DNA of 62,650 nt, the filler included, from Sphacelaria rigidula (Eukaryota), in NCBI GenBank assembly GCA_964200075.2. It is 5 parts of 5 records of this genome, joined end to end, with 100 filler letters (N's around TTAATTAATTAA, not from the genome) between each part and the next. Parts side by side here need not be neighbours in the genome. Positions count along the whole stretch, not along the records: positions 1 to 12,454 come from CAXNAA020003755.1; 4 more parts are not named here. One strand, given 5' to 3'. This document shows positions 1 through 11,169 of this stretch, one piece after another; the stretch's first letter is position 1; each line of letters begins with the position of its first letter. A program made the position numbers and the translations under genes. The notes below the pieces were generated by a model. It worked only from the letters and a program-made list of their open reading frames with translations, was not told where the DNA came from and ran no database searches.

Positions 1-586
1 AATCGAGCTTTGAAATTCGGTTCAGGGGGTGTGCGATGACTCGCACAATTAAGGTATATAGATACATTATGTAATACAAAGTTCCCCGTCCGGAGGTTGG
101 TACGGGCCTCCCGGGGGTGACGCAAGTTGAAAATATACAGTCAACCCTTTGACAATGAGAGTAGATCACCTGCTGAATCGGCATCAACATCCACTTGAAA
201 CAATTATGCATGATCCAGATGGACTTTCCGCACCGCGGTCTAAGGGTCACGAAGAGAGGATGTTGTATCTCAATGTACAGCAGTGATCGTGGCTGTACAA
301 AGCATCGCAGTGTTATCGGATCTCGTTCGGAAATATGAGAATTGGGACGGAGACCGACGGCGGCACCGCCGACGTAGGACGTGTGTGGTATTTGAGAGGT
401 GCCAGAGTGCGAAGTAGCTCTCGTGCCACAAAGACATGACAGCGGAAGGCACTCCCGAAAAGTTGGAATGCGTGGAACATTCTTGGCATGTTCTTCGCAC
501 ATCACTGTGGCTTCGACATCACCGGACCTTTTGTGGAAACAGGGTGATTGTTTCTGCGGCAAAACATTCCTGTGCTGCCGTGCTGC

Positions 587-1098
587 TGTGCCTTGTTCAA
601 CACGCCAACGGTCCGTTGCACGGTCTTGTGTTTGCTGGTGACTGAGGCCAAGGCAATGTTCAACTGTTTTCAACTGCTTTACTCTCATGTTCTCGTGACA
701 TTAGCGGTATACCCGGTGTGTTCGTGCTCCCAAATGGACGAGAACGCGACAAAGAGAAACACGGAGGAAAAATACCCCGCCAAAAGTAATCCTGTTTGAA
801 GATTTCCATGATCTTTTACAGTTTTTTTTTGTGGTTCGGGTTCTTCTTTCAAGTTTTCCATGACCTCGAAAAGGCTTTTGTGACTTGGAATCGACACCCC
901 GCGAAAAAGCGCCAGTTTGAGCGAATCTCGGTGCCCAGAACCACGCGCCACAGGTATCAGACGACACCCGAACCTGAACGGTGTCGTACCGCTGAGCCTT
1001 GTTGGTGTGCTACAAAAAAAAGCGCGGGAAAAAATGGCTTGGCGCCAGAGGAAACTCGGCAAAAGTGGTGAAAAATTTGAAACGATATATGTGCATAT
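587..1098 (+). repeat. Repeat family A, copy 1
   Basis: Colinear with about 2345-2798 and with the reverse complement of 11170-11630 (shared TGTGCCTTGTTCAA...GGAAACTCGGCAAAAGTGGTGAAAAA). Confidence 0.85.
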
Positions 1099-1870
1099 AG
1101 TAAATATAAAGAATATTTCGAACTCACGAGCGTCAAGCATACTTTGTAACCAGGCATCCACGAGATTCACTGCTGATTTTAGTGTGCAAGTTCCTCCGCA
1201 CCCACCCCGGGAGATGACTGTTCGGGCCAATGCTAACGCCAGGGGTCCGGTCAGCGGATTCGTACTACTATACTTTGTGCGGGGGTACACATGCGTTCGC
1301 GACCGTTCGAACGGACGCGCAATCGCGGTGGTCCTGCAATGTTTCCGGCGGGCATGAAAACTTCGAGAGGGGATCTATTCTCACGAGGGCTTGGCAGGGC
1401 AAGAATACCGAGACCCTTGAAAAAAGACGGACGGAGCATGGGCGCAGCCCCGGGTCGCACTCGTGGCCGACGAGATCGTCTCTGATTCAGCTGGCCTATC
1501 AATGGACTCTCCCCAACAAGCTGCCATCCCCGACAAGAGCAAATGAAATGAAACCTCGCAGACGAGACGGAGGCGGGGCAAAATGGGAGAAGAATTCTGA
1601 ATCGGAGTAACTTTGTTTCTGTGGTTGAGAGTCAAAAGTGTGCCAGGGTGTAATGCATTCCGACAAATTAGTAACAGGGAAGCATTGCTGCTGTATACTC
1701 AGCCGCTGTAGGGACCCACGTTAGAGAGCATGGCGTGTAGTAGAATAGACAAACAGTCGATCATCGACATTGAGGATGAAGCTTGTCATTGAGGATGAGA
1801 ACCCAGAGAGGCTAAATAGTCGTATCCACACCAAATCTTCGAAATATGGTCCCATTCCTTCACCTACTGG

Positions 1871-2073
1871 TAGCTTTTGACACCTGCTACACGCCCTACA
1901 AATTTGGATGTTGATAACCGAAATTGGGGTCCTAGATGAAGAAACAATTCGGGGAATATAGGTGATCCGATCTGATCGCCGAAATTTCCCAGAGTTGTTC
2001 CTTCATCTAGGACTCCAACATTTCGATTATCAAGACCCAAATTTGTAGGGCGTGTAGCAGGTGTCAATAGCTA
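1871..2073. mobile_element. Fully palindromic ~200-bp MITE-like element
   Basis: Arms of about 97 bp, including 31 bp of perfect inverted repeat (TTGACACCTGCTACACGCCCTACAAATTTGG), around a 6-nt centre; TA at both ends, a possible Tc1/mariner-type TSD. Confidence 0.7.
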
Positions 2074-2189
2074 ACGGTCTCAGGGTTAAGACAAACCCTT
2101 AGCGTTAGGGTTGGTGGCATCTCCATAGCACCAACTGTTGTTTACGTCCATTTCTTCAAGCCCCCTCGGTGGAGTACTTGTGCAGGCAT

Positions 2190-2798
2190 GCATCCTTGTC
2201 ACCAGGACATTCTTGCGCCGGCGCTTCACACAGGTGCATCCTTTGAGGGAACTCTCTGTTACGGGTTGCATGACCACAGGGATTTGGTCACCCCCCTGCG
2301 CTTGTCGAGCACAGCTGACCGACAGTGAGGACGTTTGCCCACGTGTGTGCCTTGTTCAACTCTCCAACAGCTCATTGCACGGTCTGGGTTTTGCTGGTGA
2401 CTAAGGCGAAGGCAATGTTCAATCGTTTTCAACTGCTTTGCTTTCATGTTCTTGTGACATTCGCTACACAACCGCTGTCTCCGTACTCCCGAATCAACGA
2501 GAACGCAAAAAAATACCCCGCCATGAACAGGCTTTTGTGGTTCAGGTTCTTGCTTGAAGTTTTCTATGATGAGGCATTTGTGGTTCGGGATCGACACCCC
2601 GCAAAAAAGAGCCGGTGTGGGCGACTTTCGATGGCCAGAACACGCGCCACAGGTATCAGATGACACCCAAACCTGACAGGTAATGTACCGCTGCACCTTC
2701 TTCGTGCACTGCAAAAGGAAGCGCGTGATGAGATGCCCTGCCGCCTGAGGAAACTCGGCAAAAGTGGTGAAAAAAGTGAAATGATACATGTACATGTA
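2190..2798 (+). repeat. Repeat family A, copy 2 (left arm of inverted pair around the LTR element)
   Basis: Homologous to 587-1098 and inverted relative to 11170-11757; ends at the 5' LTR. Confidence 0.85.
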
Positions 2799-3308
2799 TG
2801 TGAATCACACTTATGAGAACCCAACATACCTTATAGTTTTGCCCAAGAACCTTTCATTGGTTCTATTCGTGGAAACGTTCTAGCACTGAGGAAGGTTCCT
2901 CAGACGTCCGCTAGATCTTTGGAGGATGGTCTGTTTGTTTCGGAATATCGGGACAATATCAGACCAAATACGCCCAAGAGTCACAGAACGTTGTATACAC
3001 CAAACCCAAGGTGATCTACACGTTGGACTGAACTCTAGACCAATGTCTGTCGGTACATGGTCCCTTGATCCATGTCCTGTTGTCTGAGATGAGCTGCATG
3101 GATAGATCGCAGATCATCCCCACCTCATCTCACAACTTCTTCTCTTCACCTCCACGCTGTCTGTCAAGCTCATTCGAGCTCTGTCCTGTCCACTCAACGC
3201 TACCGACGTAGTTTAACTAGAGAGAGCACTCTGCGTCTCGCTCGCGTTTCGCAGAGAGGGTAAGGATTCGAATCCCTTCGTCGGTCTTCTTATTGTGTAC
3301 GACTCTCA
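2799..3308 (+). repeat. 5' LTR
   Basis: TGTGAATC...GACTCTCA, an imperfect terminal inverted repeat. About 13 substitutions versus the 3' copy by manual comparison. Confidence 0.95.
3202..3286 (+). ncRNA. tRNA-like cloverleaf embedded in 5' LTR (non-canonical anticodon arm)
   Basis: Acceptor ACCGACG/CGTCGGT (7 of 7 pairs); T8-A9; D-stem GTTT/GAGC with loop AACTAGAGA; A26; stem CTCTG/CAGAG enclosing 18 nt; variable region AGGGT; T-arm AAGGA-TTCGAAT-CCCTT; discriminator C. A-box-like TAGTTTAACTAG and B-box-like GATTCGAATCC. Confidence 0.8.
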
Positions 3309-3309
3309 T

Positions 3310-3321
3310 TGGCTTCGACGG
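3310..3321 (+). promoter_or_regulatory. Primer binding site (PBS)
   Basis: TGGCTTCGACGG begins 1 nt after the LTR-terminal CA; TGG is complementary to tRNA CCA. The cognate host tRNA was not identified. Confidence 0.75.
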
Positions 3322-3383
3322 TACTTTCAAACCGAACCTTTTGTCAGTCTATACGATCTGAGGATCTGACCGAAAATTAAAAA

Positions 3384-4790
3384 ATGTCCACGAGTGAACA
3401 TGTCGACGTTTCCGACAATGCCGACTCAAATTCCGCAGTGGAAAGGGCAACGCAAGAAGAAAAACAAAATACACCTTCGACACCCTCTGAAACGTCATCA
3501 TCATCGACGACGAATCTGCAGTCAACCATCAACAAGCTGCAGACCAAGCTCAATGACCTCCTGGACAGCCGCGGACCAGGAGAGGACATCCCGGAATGTG
3601 GACTACAAATCATGAACACACTGGCAAGTCTAACCGCGTCTAATAGGCATAGTAGTTCCAATGTATCGTCAATTCCGGCGCCCACTAGCATACCCGAGAA
3701 TACTGTTCAGCAGTTGTCGTACGCTGAAATACTGTCCAAACCGAAACGGGCACATTGACTCAAGCAGATGTCAAACGCTTGCCTTGATTGTCTGGGAGTG
3801 TAGAATCGGCAATGCGAACGATGTAGATGTACAGTCTGTACTAAATCAATATCGCACGGTTGCAGGATTTTGCGCCCAATCTGTCAGACCAAATGACCCA
3901 GAATATGCTGACAGACTCGCTTTTGAGTATTTCAGTCTTATTTTGGACGGTCCAGCCGCCACGATGTATCAACAGCGAATGTCAGGATGCATTAATTGGC
4001 AAATATCTGTCATGAACACCGACACCAATGATGAGGCCGGTTCGTTCACTCCCCCTTCCAACTGGAAGGAACTGTCTAATGCTGTACTAGATCTTTTGAT
4101 GCCTAGTAACAGTGTCGAAGAGTGCGCTCTTCGTCTCGCTTCGTTCAAGATGGAAAAAAACGAGTCTGTCCAAAATTACGCTCTTCGTCTTCGGTCTGTC
4201 GTGACACGTTTCGAGAGATCTGTCGATAGAGCAATCCCTGGCCGTACGCCCTGGGCTGCCATGTCTGTCGTTTTGTGGCAAAATGGCCTCGCACCAGCCA
4301 TTCAATGCCTTCAACTGTCAGAAAAGAACTGTCAGAAAAGCCGTTCACCTCTTTCCGTGAGGCTGTCGATCGTGCTAGACGCCACGAGGCTGCTAGTCTC
4401 GTTGGTGGTGCCACGACCAGTGCATTATCATTCACACATATACCCAACCGCTTTGCAATTGCTCAACAACAGTTCGCTCATGATGCTGCTTCGAGGGGTT
4501 ACAATACCCACCATAAGAAGAACAACCAACGCCAACATTCGTACAAAGGAAAAGCGAAAGCCAACCACAACGTCGAACCTACTTTTTCACACGAAAAACC
4601 ACGGAAGGGACGCCCGCATTGCACGTGGAACCCATATGAGAAGAAACCTGGCCACACGCACGAGGAATCCAACAACAGCAGCTTCAACGGAAGAAGAACA
4701 AGAGAGCGAAAACTTCAGCTAAGCGTCCTGTGTCTAATGATAAAGATACTAAAGGTAGCGAAGATGAATGATGTTCCCCAGCTGTTGTAG
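3384..4790 (+). pseudogene. gag-like ORF of the Gypsy element, frameshifted
   Basis: Overlapping ORF pieces 3384-3758, 3661-4722 and 4275-4790. Retrotransposon-gag-like segment (WKELSNAVLDLL...LASFKMEKNESVQNYALRLRSVV) and a basic C-terminus; located right after the PBS. Confidence 0.75.
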
Positions 4791-5239
4791 CGTCTGATAC
4801 AGGTGGGTTGTCTCCTGTTTCACACCGGAAAGACGTGAAGACGAACAAATCCCTCTCCACGTCAGCAGCAGTTGGCACTTATATTTGAGTCGTGCCCCGA
4901 GTTCGTGTTCGAAGTCAGCAATATGTCGTACCTTGTATTCGTGACTGTACGCAGGGTACAAAGAGAGGAGTCAAAAGAGTACATGATTTGAGTGTACCTT
5001 CGTTAGAAAACACCGTTGATGTTTCCCCAACTACAGTTTGTGTGTGAATTGCTGAAGCAAGTGACTTTTTTCCGGTAGATTACCTGAGTCTACCAGTAGA
5101 CCGAGTCGTGAGTGTTTTCGAGCGGAAAAAGTTTGTACGAAGAAAAATAAGAATAATAAAAAGAATTGGTTCAGATCGTCGCTGATCCACCAACCCAAAT
5201 CTATCTCTAACTTTTTCGTCACGACGTGTCCGTGTTGCC

Positions 5240-8200
5240 GGATATGTCGATGACCATCACGTTGATGACGTGACCATCGACATTGCTACTGAAGTGTCTG
5301 TTGTTTCACTAGGATGGCTGAGAACCCACTCAACAATGCGAAACATGCCACTCGAACCTCTTCCAACTGCTACTTTTTCATTGAGCGCAGCGAACGGTTC
5401 ACCAATTAATGTTTTAGGTTTCATCGTTTTTTCCTTGACTCTTGGTGACGTCACTCGTACAGTTACCGTACTCGTTGGCCCATCACTTGGACCTGATTCT
5501 ATACTTCTTGACAACCAAGTCATGTCTGATTTCGGAGCAATATTTAACTGGGAAAAAGAAACACTTTCTTTCATATCAACGGGTATGTCAATCCCAGGAA
5601 TCCACCGCGAAAATACTGCTACACAACGTCACACTAATGCCTGTTTCACAGCACCAGATTTCTCTTGGAAATCTGTCGCTACTGTCAATAGCAATGCTGA
5701 GGCAATTTAGGTTAGTTTGTGTGAACGGGTATATTTAAAACAAATGCACGAAGCTCTTGCAGTAGGGTTTATAAATTGTCTCCCACCTGAAGACTGTACA
5801 GTGATAATCGAGCCGCGAATAATAACTGAGGAGGAATTTTCAAACGACCCCCGACTGATGCCGTTCCAAAATATTATAGCCCACACTCTCTCTACATGAA
5901 GAGCATCCGGATGGGTCTGTAGCTGTGCAAATAGCTAACCCATCTACAGATGGTGTAGCCCTGCACGCAAGACTATGTCTCGGACACCTGTTCACAGTTA
6001 CAGTCACAACTCCAACACAAATTAATGTCAGCGCAGTCGCGAAAACTCCACAAACAGCACAAGAAGTCGAACATGCAAGATCTGAACGTGAAGGTCTTTT
6101 ACCCAAAGCGTTTTCAACGACAACGCTTACCACCGACCAACAGGCATCAGTTCTAGATTTGTGTGCTAAATTTCGGCCTGTTTTTTCGCTGTCTGTCAAA
6201 ATTAGGTCGCTGTACTATTGTAGAGGAAAAATTCCCTGTCCCTCCAGGTACTCGTCCTATAGACAGATCTCCTTATCGCCCCAACCCACGTGCTTCCGCA
6301 GTAATTGACAATTGTGTCAAAGAAATGCTAGATTAGTATATTATTGGAAAAAGACCAAGCCCATGGGGTAGCCCATGTACCATTGTAGCTAAACGCAATG
6401 GTAGTCCACGGTTCTGCGTTGATTATCGTCACACTCTTAATCGCCATATTGCCCGCAAGAGTTGGCCCATGCCAAATCTTGAATCTTGCCTTGACGCAGT
6501 AGGTGAAGCTCTATACATTACTGTAGCGATGTCCTCAGCGCATTCCGGCAAATTCCAGTGGCCGAAGAACATGTGGACCGGACTGCATTCGCCACACCAA
6601 ACGGGAAGTACTGTTTCAAACGTGTTCCTTTTGGAGTATGCAATGTACCTTGGCTTTTCCAACATGTGATGTCAATGGCTGTAGATCATTTTGGCCCAGA
6701 ATCTGGTGTTCTGTCAAACATGGATGATTTATTTTGTATCAGTTCCACATTCGAAAATTATCTCAGTCATTAGAGCAAATGTTTTCAGCACTTAAAGCAG
6801 CAGGCTTAACTCTAAAACCATCGAAAATTCAATTCGGGCAGAAAGAAATCGAATACCTCGGACATATTATTTCCGCGAAAGGAATTTCTGTCAGCAACAA
6901 CCGCATAGAAGCCATCCAAAAGCTGCCCACACCAACATGCATCAAAGATCTCAGATCAGGTTTAGGCATGTTAAATTTTGTCCGGCGTTTTGTCAAAGAT
7001 TATGCTGACATCACAGCACCACTTGACGATCTAACTCGCAAAGAATTTGCCCTTGAAAGGAAGTTTAAGAAAGCTTGGGGTACAGCACAAGACGCAGCCT
7101 TTACGAAAATTAAACAAGTGCTAGCTTCTGCCCCTGTCCTACACTTTCCTGATTTTTCGAGAGAATTTGTAGTTCATACCGGTTCTTCAGAAATTGGCGT
7201 AGGCGCTTTTCTCGCTCAGCCACGCAAGGATAGTGTCGACAGTAAAGAAATCGATATAGTGGCATATTATAGCAAACGCTTTTCTCAAAGCCAACGCCAT
7301 TATAGTCCAACCATGAAGGAATGTCTTACTGTTGTCTGGTCTTTCGTACACTGGAGGCCATATCTGTGGGGTCAACATTTCACCTGTCATACAGACCATC
7401 AAGCTCTCACGTACTTGTATAACATGCAAGATACATCTAACATTTGGACACGTTGGGCTATAGCACTTCCAAATTTCGATTTCACTGTCAAGCATGTCCC
7501 AGGAAAATTGAATGTTGTACCCGACTCACTGCCTTGTCTTTTCACAGAAGTGAACGGCGAAGAAATACCTTCTGAACGTAGATTGGCAGCAATCTGTCGA
7601 AATGTACCAGAAAATAAACCATTTCATCCGCCTGCACCTAGAGAGTACGAAGTATCCGCCTATAACTTAAATGATATAGTACCCGTGGAAAGCGACCATG
7701 AATTTTTCTCGAGTGCAGCATCGCTTTTTCCTGCCGTTGATTCAGTGAAGTTGCTCGAACAACAGAAAAATGAATTCAATCCATATTTTGAATATCTTCT
7801 CGAGCCTAAGTCAGCTCCTGTCCCAGCTCAACAATCGAAATCGATTATGAGCAATTTTTTTGTCCACGACGATTTATTATATCGTTCTTACCGCCCTGGT
7901 CACTTACGCCGCCGCGGTGATTTTCTCGATCAGTTTGTAGTACCTGAATCATTACGGAAACTAATAATAAGCGCGTGTCATGACGTACCATCTTCCGGTG
8001 GTTATTTAGCTTTCGAAGCTACATTCGACAAAGTACGTGATCAATATTGGTGGCCCACAATCCATGCTGATGGACAACAACATGTCGACAGTTGTGTATC
8101 ATGTCAACACCGTAAAACTTCTCATCGTCCACCTACCTTACCTGTGGGACATCGTCCAGTCGAACGCACATTCCAATGTGTTGCAGTAGACCTTATCGAA

Positions 8201-9314
8201 AACAAATCACTCTCAGAAGGCAATCGATACATACTACCAGTGATCGATCATCTCACGAGATTTGTTATATTAATTGCAAACAAAAACAAAGAGGCCACTA
8301 CGGTTGTTCGAAACCTTGTTGATCATGTTATCTCGGTGTTTGGACCACCCGAAACTCTTCATTCTGATCAAGGAACAGAGTTCGAAAACCAATTGGTCAA
8401 GGAGTTATAAACTGTATTTGGATATAAGAAAACGCGCACAGCCGAATATCGTCCACAAGGCAATTCTGTCCTGGAACGAGTACACAGCACTGTTCATAAC
8501 ATGCTCGCCATGTATAGCAATTTGGCCTGCGATAACTGGGCTGAATTATTACCTTTTGTCCAACTGGCACACAACGAAGCATATTCATCAACACTCGAGG
8601 AAGCACCTCATTATTTGATGTTCGGAAGAGCAGCTGTACTCCCAGTGGAACTAATTCTTGGCGTTCCAGCCACATCTGCACCGCAAACACGACTTGATTA
8701 CTCTCGTCAAACTGTCAACAATTTACAACTAGCAAACGAGCGCAGATAAACAAGCGGTTGCAAGTGAGAAACTGTCGTTTCCCAGTTTCAAACAAGGCGT
8801 TAATGTTTTGATACATCGCCCATATCACGAATCTGACGGTCCCAATCCTAAGCTTTACAGCCCATGGCATGGTCCGTACATAGTCCGAACGCAACTGTCA
8901 CCAGTTACCTACCGAGTCAGTAAACCAAATGACCCGGCGGAAATATCTGTTCACCTTGGTCGCATGAAAAAATACAACGATCCAATATCGTCACCTGTCC
9001 CCGACCTTGAAGCGCTCGACGACATATTTCTAGGAACAACTCTTCCAGTCCCAGACCTTGACGGTTCAGTGCACAAGGTCATGTTAGGACCATATACGGT
9101 AGAGGATATTGATGGTCATAAGCGGGGGATTGGAGCCGGTTCACAAGATAATTTCCAATATCATCTCAAAATCAAGGATTGGCCTCCTCTACATGGAGTA
9201 TGGCGACATTATCTCACCATTCCACAATGTTACGATTCGATAAAATCATATCGCGCCTCAATTTCGTCCAAGGATCCAGCAGCATTTAATCCCCCTCGAC
9301 AGATAAAACGGTAG
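5240..9314 (+). pseudogene. pol polyprotein (protease, RT, RNase H, integrase, chromodomain-like) with stops and frameshifts
   Basis: Protease IDIATEVSVVS (degenerate DTGA). RT SPWGSPCTIVAK..PRFCVDYR, TAFATPNGKYCFKRVPFG and NMDD (for YMDD, 6717-6728). RNase H HTGSS..YYSKRF..KECLTVVW..TDHQAL. Integrase H..C-VS-C, VAVDL, HSDQGTEFEN, YRPQGNSVLER. PKLYSPWHGPY. In-frame stops at about 5708, 5897 and 6334. Confidence 0.93.
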
Positions 9315-10423
9315 AAGTCCTACAGTTGAATGTTTTGGGCTTATTAGTGCACTACAACATACATGTCACATCAGTTCAGCAACAACTGATGCTCGCCCAT
9401 TACAGCATGCACCATCACTTGTCTGGAAAAAATTGACATGCGTTTTTTTCCCTTATTATCTCATGGATAATTGTTACTACATGGCTTGTCAAATGCGAAG
9501 TACCACGCGCTCGTTGAGGTTTTGCCATTTTGTTTCTGTGCAATAAAATTGTCTTTCAGTGCTTTCAAACACTGACATTGGTATATCGTGCACCATGCGA
9601 TATACTATGTATCACATATCCACCACTCAACATCCCGTATATTTTTTTATGCGCAAGATCCTAGCACGGTCTACAAGAAGGATGTTGATTTACCTTAAGG
9701 TGCAAAGGGGGTAGATTGTCTCTCAATTGACATCAAGTGATCAGATTATATTTTTCGAGACATTATTTTCATATTATTTTCTCGTAAAATACATGTCAAA
9801 ATTACACGTTTTTAACTATGTATTTTGTCCCATTGTATGTGCAAACAGCACACAACAATGCACTGAATTTGTCAGCCATGATTGTCCACACCGGATAATA
9901 TCATTATTATATTCGGTGATTAACAGTGCCATAGATAACATAATTGTCTGGCCACAATGTTATCTCGTTGCTCATTACCAGGCACTACAGGATCGAAGAA
10001 TTAACATTGTTTTGTTAATATTTTTGTGCGCATTTCATATTATTTTGTCCAAAAGACTACAATTTCGACCCTGCAGGTCGCCGTTGTACACACACTGTCA
10101 GGATATATTCAGTCTACGATTGAGTCTCGACCACTGATCAGTATAGATTTAGTGATACTTTAAAATCGTGTTAACTGCGAAGAAATCAAAGTCTGTCTGT
10201 CAAATCACTTTAAATTTATTGATCCTGAAGTACTATTCTGAAAGTTCAAAATATGTACGGATGTCTGTCCGGTACTTATGCATTCAAATATTTGTTTGCA
10301 TGAATGTCTTTGTCATCCTGTGAATATTTATGTATCTGTCGAGGAATGTTGGATTATCTCATCATCTGAGATTCATAATCTTTTAGTTTTTGACGGAGAG
10401 AGAGTTCTAACACCGTCACAACT

Positions 10424-10433
10424 AGGGGGATAA
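10424..10433 (+). promoter_or_regulatory. Polypurine tract (PPT)
   Basis: AGGGGGATAA immediately 5' of the 3' LTR TG. Confidence 0.75.
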
Positions 10434-10943
10434 TGTGAATCACACTTATGAGAACCCAACATACCTTATAGTTCTGTCCAAGAACCTTTCATTGGTTCTA
10501 TTCATGGAAACGTTTTAGCACTGAGGAAGGTTCCTCAGACGTCCGCTAGATCTTTGGAGGATGGTCTGTTTGTCTCGGAATATCAGGACAATATCAGACC
10601 AAATACGCCCAAGAGTCACAGAACGTTGTATACACCAAACCCAAGGTGATCTACACGTTGGACTGAACTCTAGGCTAATGTCTGTCGGTACATGGTCCCT
10701 TGATCCATGTCCTGTTGTCTGAGATGAGCTGCATGGATAGATCGCAGATCATCCCCACCTCATCTCACAACTTCTTCTCTTCATCTCTACTCTGTCTGTC
10801 AAGCTCACTCGAGCTCTGTCCTGTCCACTCAACGCTACCGACGTAGTTTAACTAGAGAGAGCACTCTGCGTCTCGCTCGCGTTTCGCAGAGAGGGTAAGG
10901 ATTCGAATCCCTTCGTCGGTCTTCTTATTGTGTACGACTCTTA
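10434..10943 (+). repeat. 3' LTR
   Basis: Colinear with 2799-3308 at offset 7635; terminal CA reads TA. Confidence 0.95.
10837..10921 (+). ncRNA. tRNA-like cloverleaf embedded in 3' LTR
   Basis: Identical in sequence to 3202-3286. Confidence 0.8.
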
Positions 10944-11169
10944 TATATATTAATTTATAATGACGTAATATAGTATATGCTGCCCCTTGATGAATACTCA
11001 TATATATATAGTTCTATGATATGTAAATATATTGTTTATAATATAGACCCATAATATTGACCTATATTATATGGTACATAATATATGAAATATAGTATAT
11101 GATCTGTAATATATATGAAATGTAGTACGTCGAATATGATGTATTATATAATATAGTATATCATATGTC

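Larger units (their letters stand above)
2799..10943 (+). mobile_element. Full-length Ty3/Gypsy LTR retrotransposon (chromodomain-bearing), mutationally decayed
   Basis: Two 510-bp direct repeats (2799-3308, 10434-10943) starting TG and ending CA (TA in the 3' copy). TGG-starting PBS at 3310; purine tract directly before the 3' LTR. Internal order is gag, protease, RT, RNase H, integrase, GPY/F, chromodomain-like. Flanks TGTA/TATA are at best an imperfect 4-bp TSD. Confidence 0.97.

Noticed and set aside
685-1357. ORFs within repeat family A
   Set aside because: Reading frames are not preserved among the three copies and no domain is recognisable.
2081-2112. Telomere-like TTAGGG/AACCCT snippets
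   Set aside because: Only one or two units forming a tiny hairpin; not an array.
3202-3286. Functional intron-containing tRNA-Arg(TCT) gene
   Set aside because: Canonical numbering gives G33 and C37 instead of U33 and a purine, there is an A53:C61 mismatch, and the D-loop lacks GG. Treated as tRNA-like, not a decoding tRNA.
9727-10137. env-like or extra ORF in the Gypsy 3' region
   Set aside because: Short, non-ATG start, AT-rich composition and no recognisable motif; probably 3' UTR.
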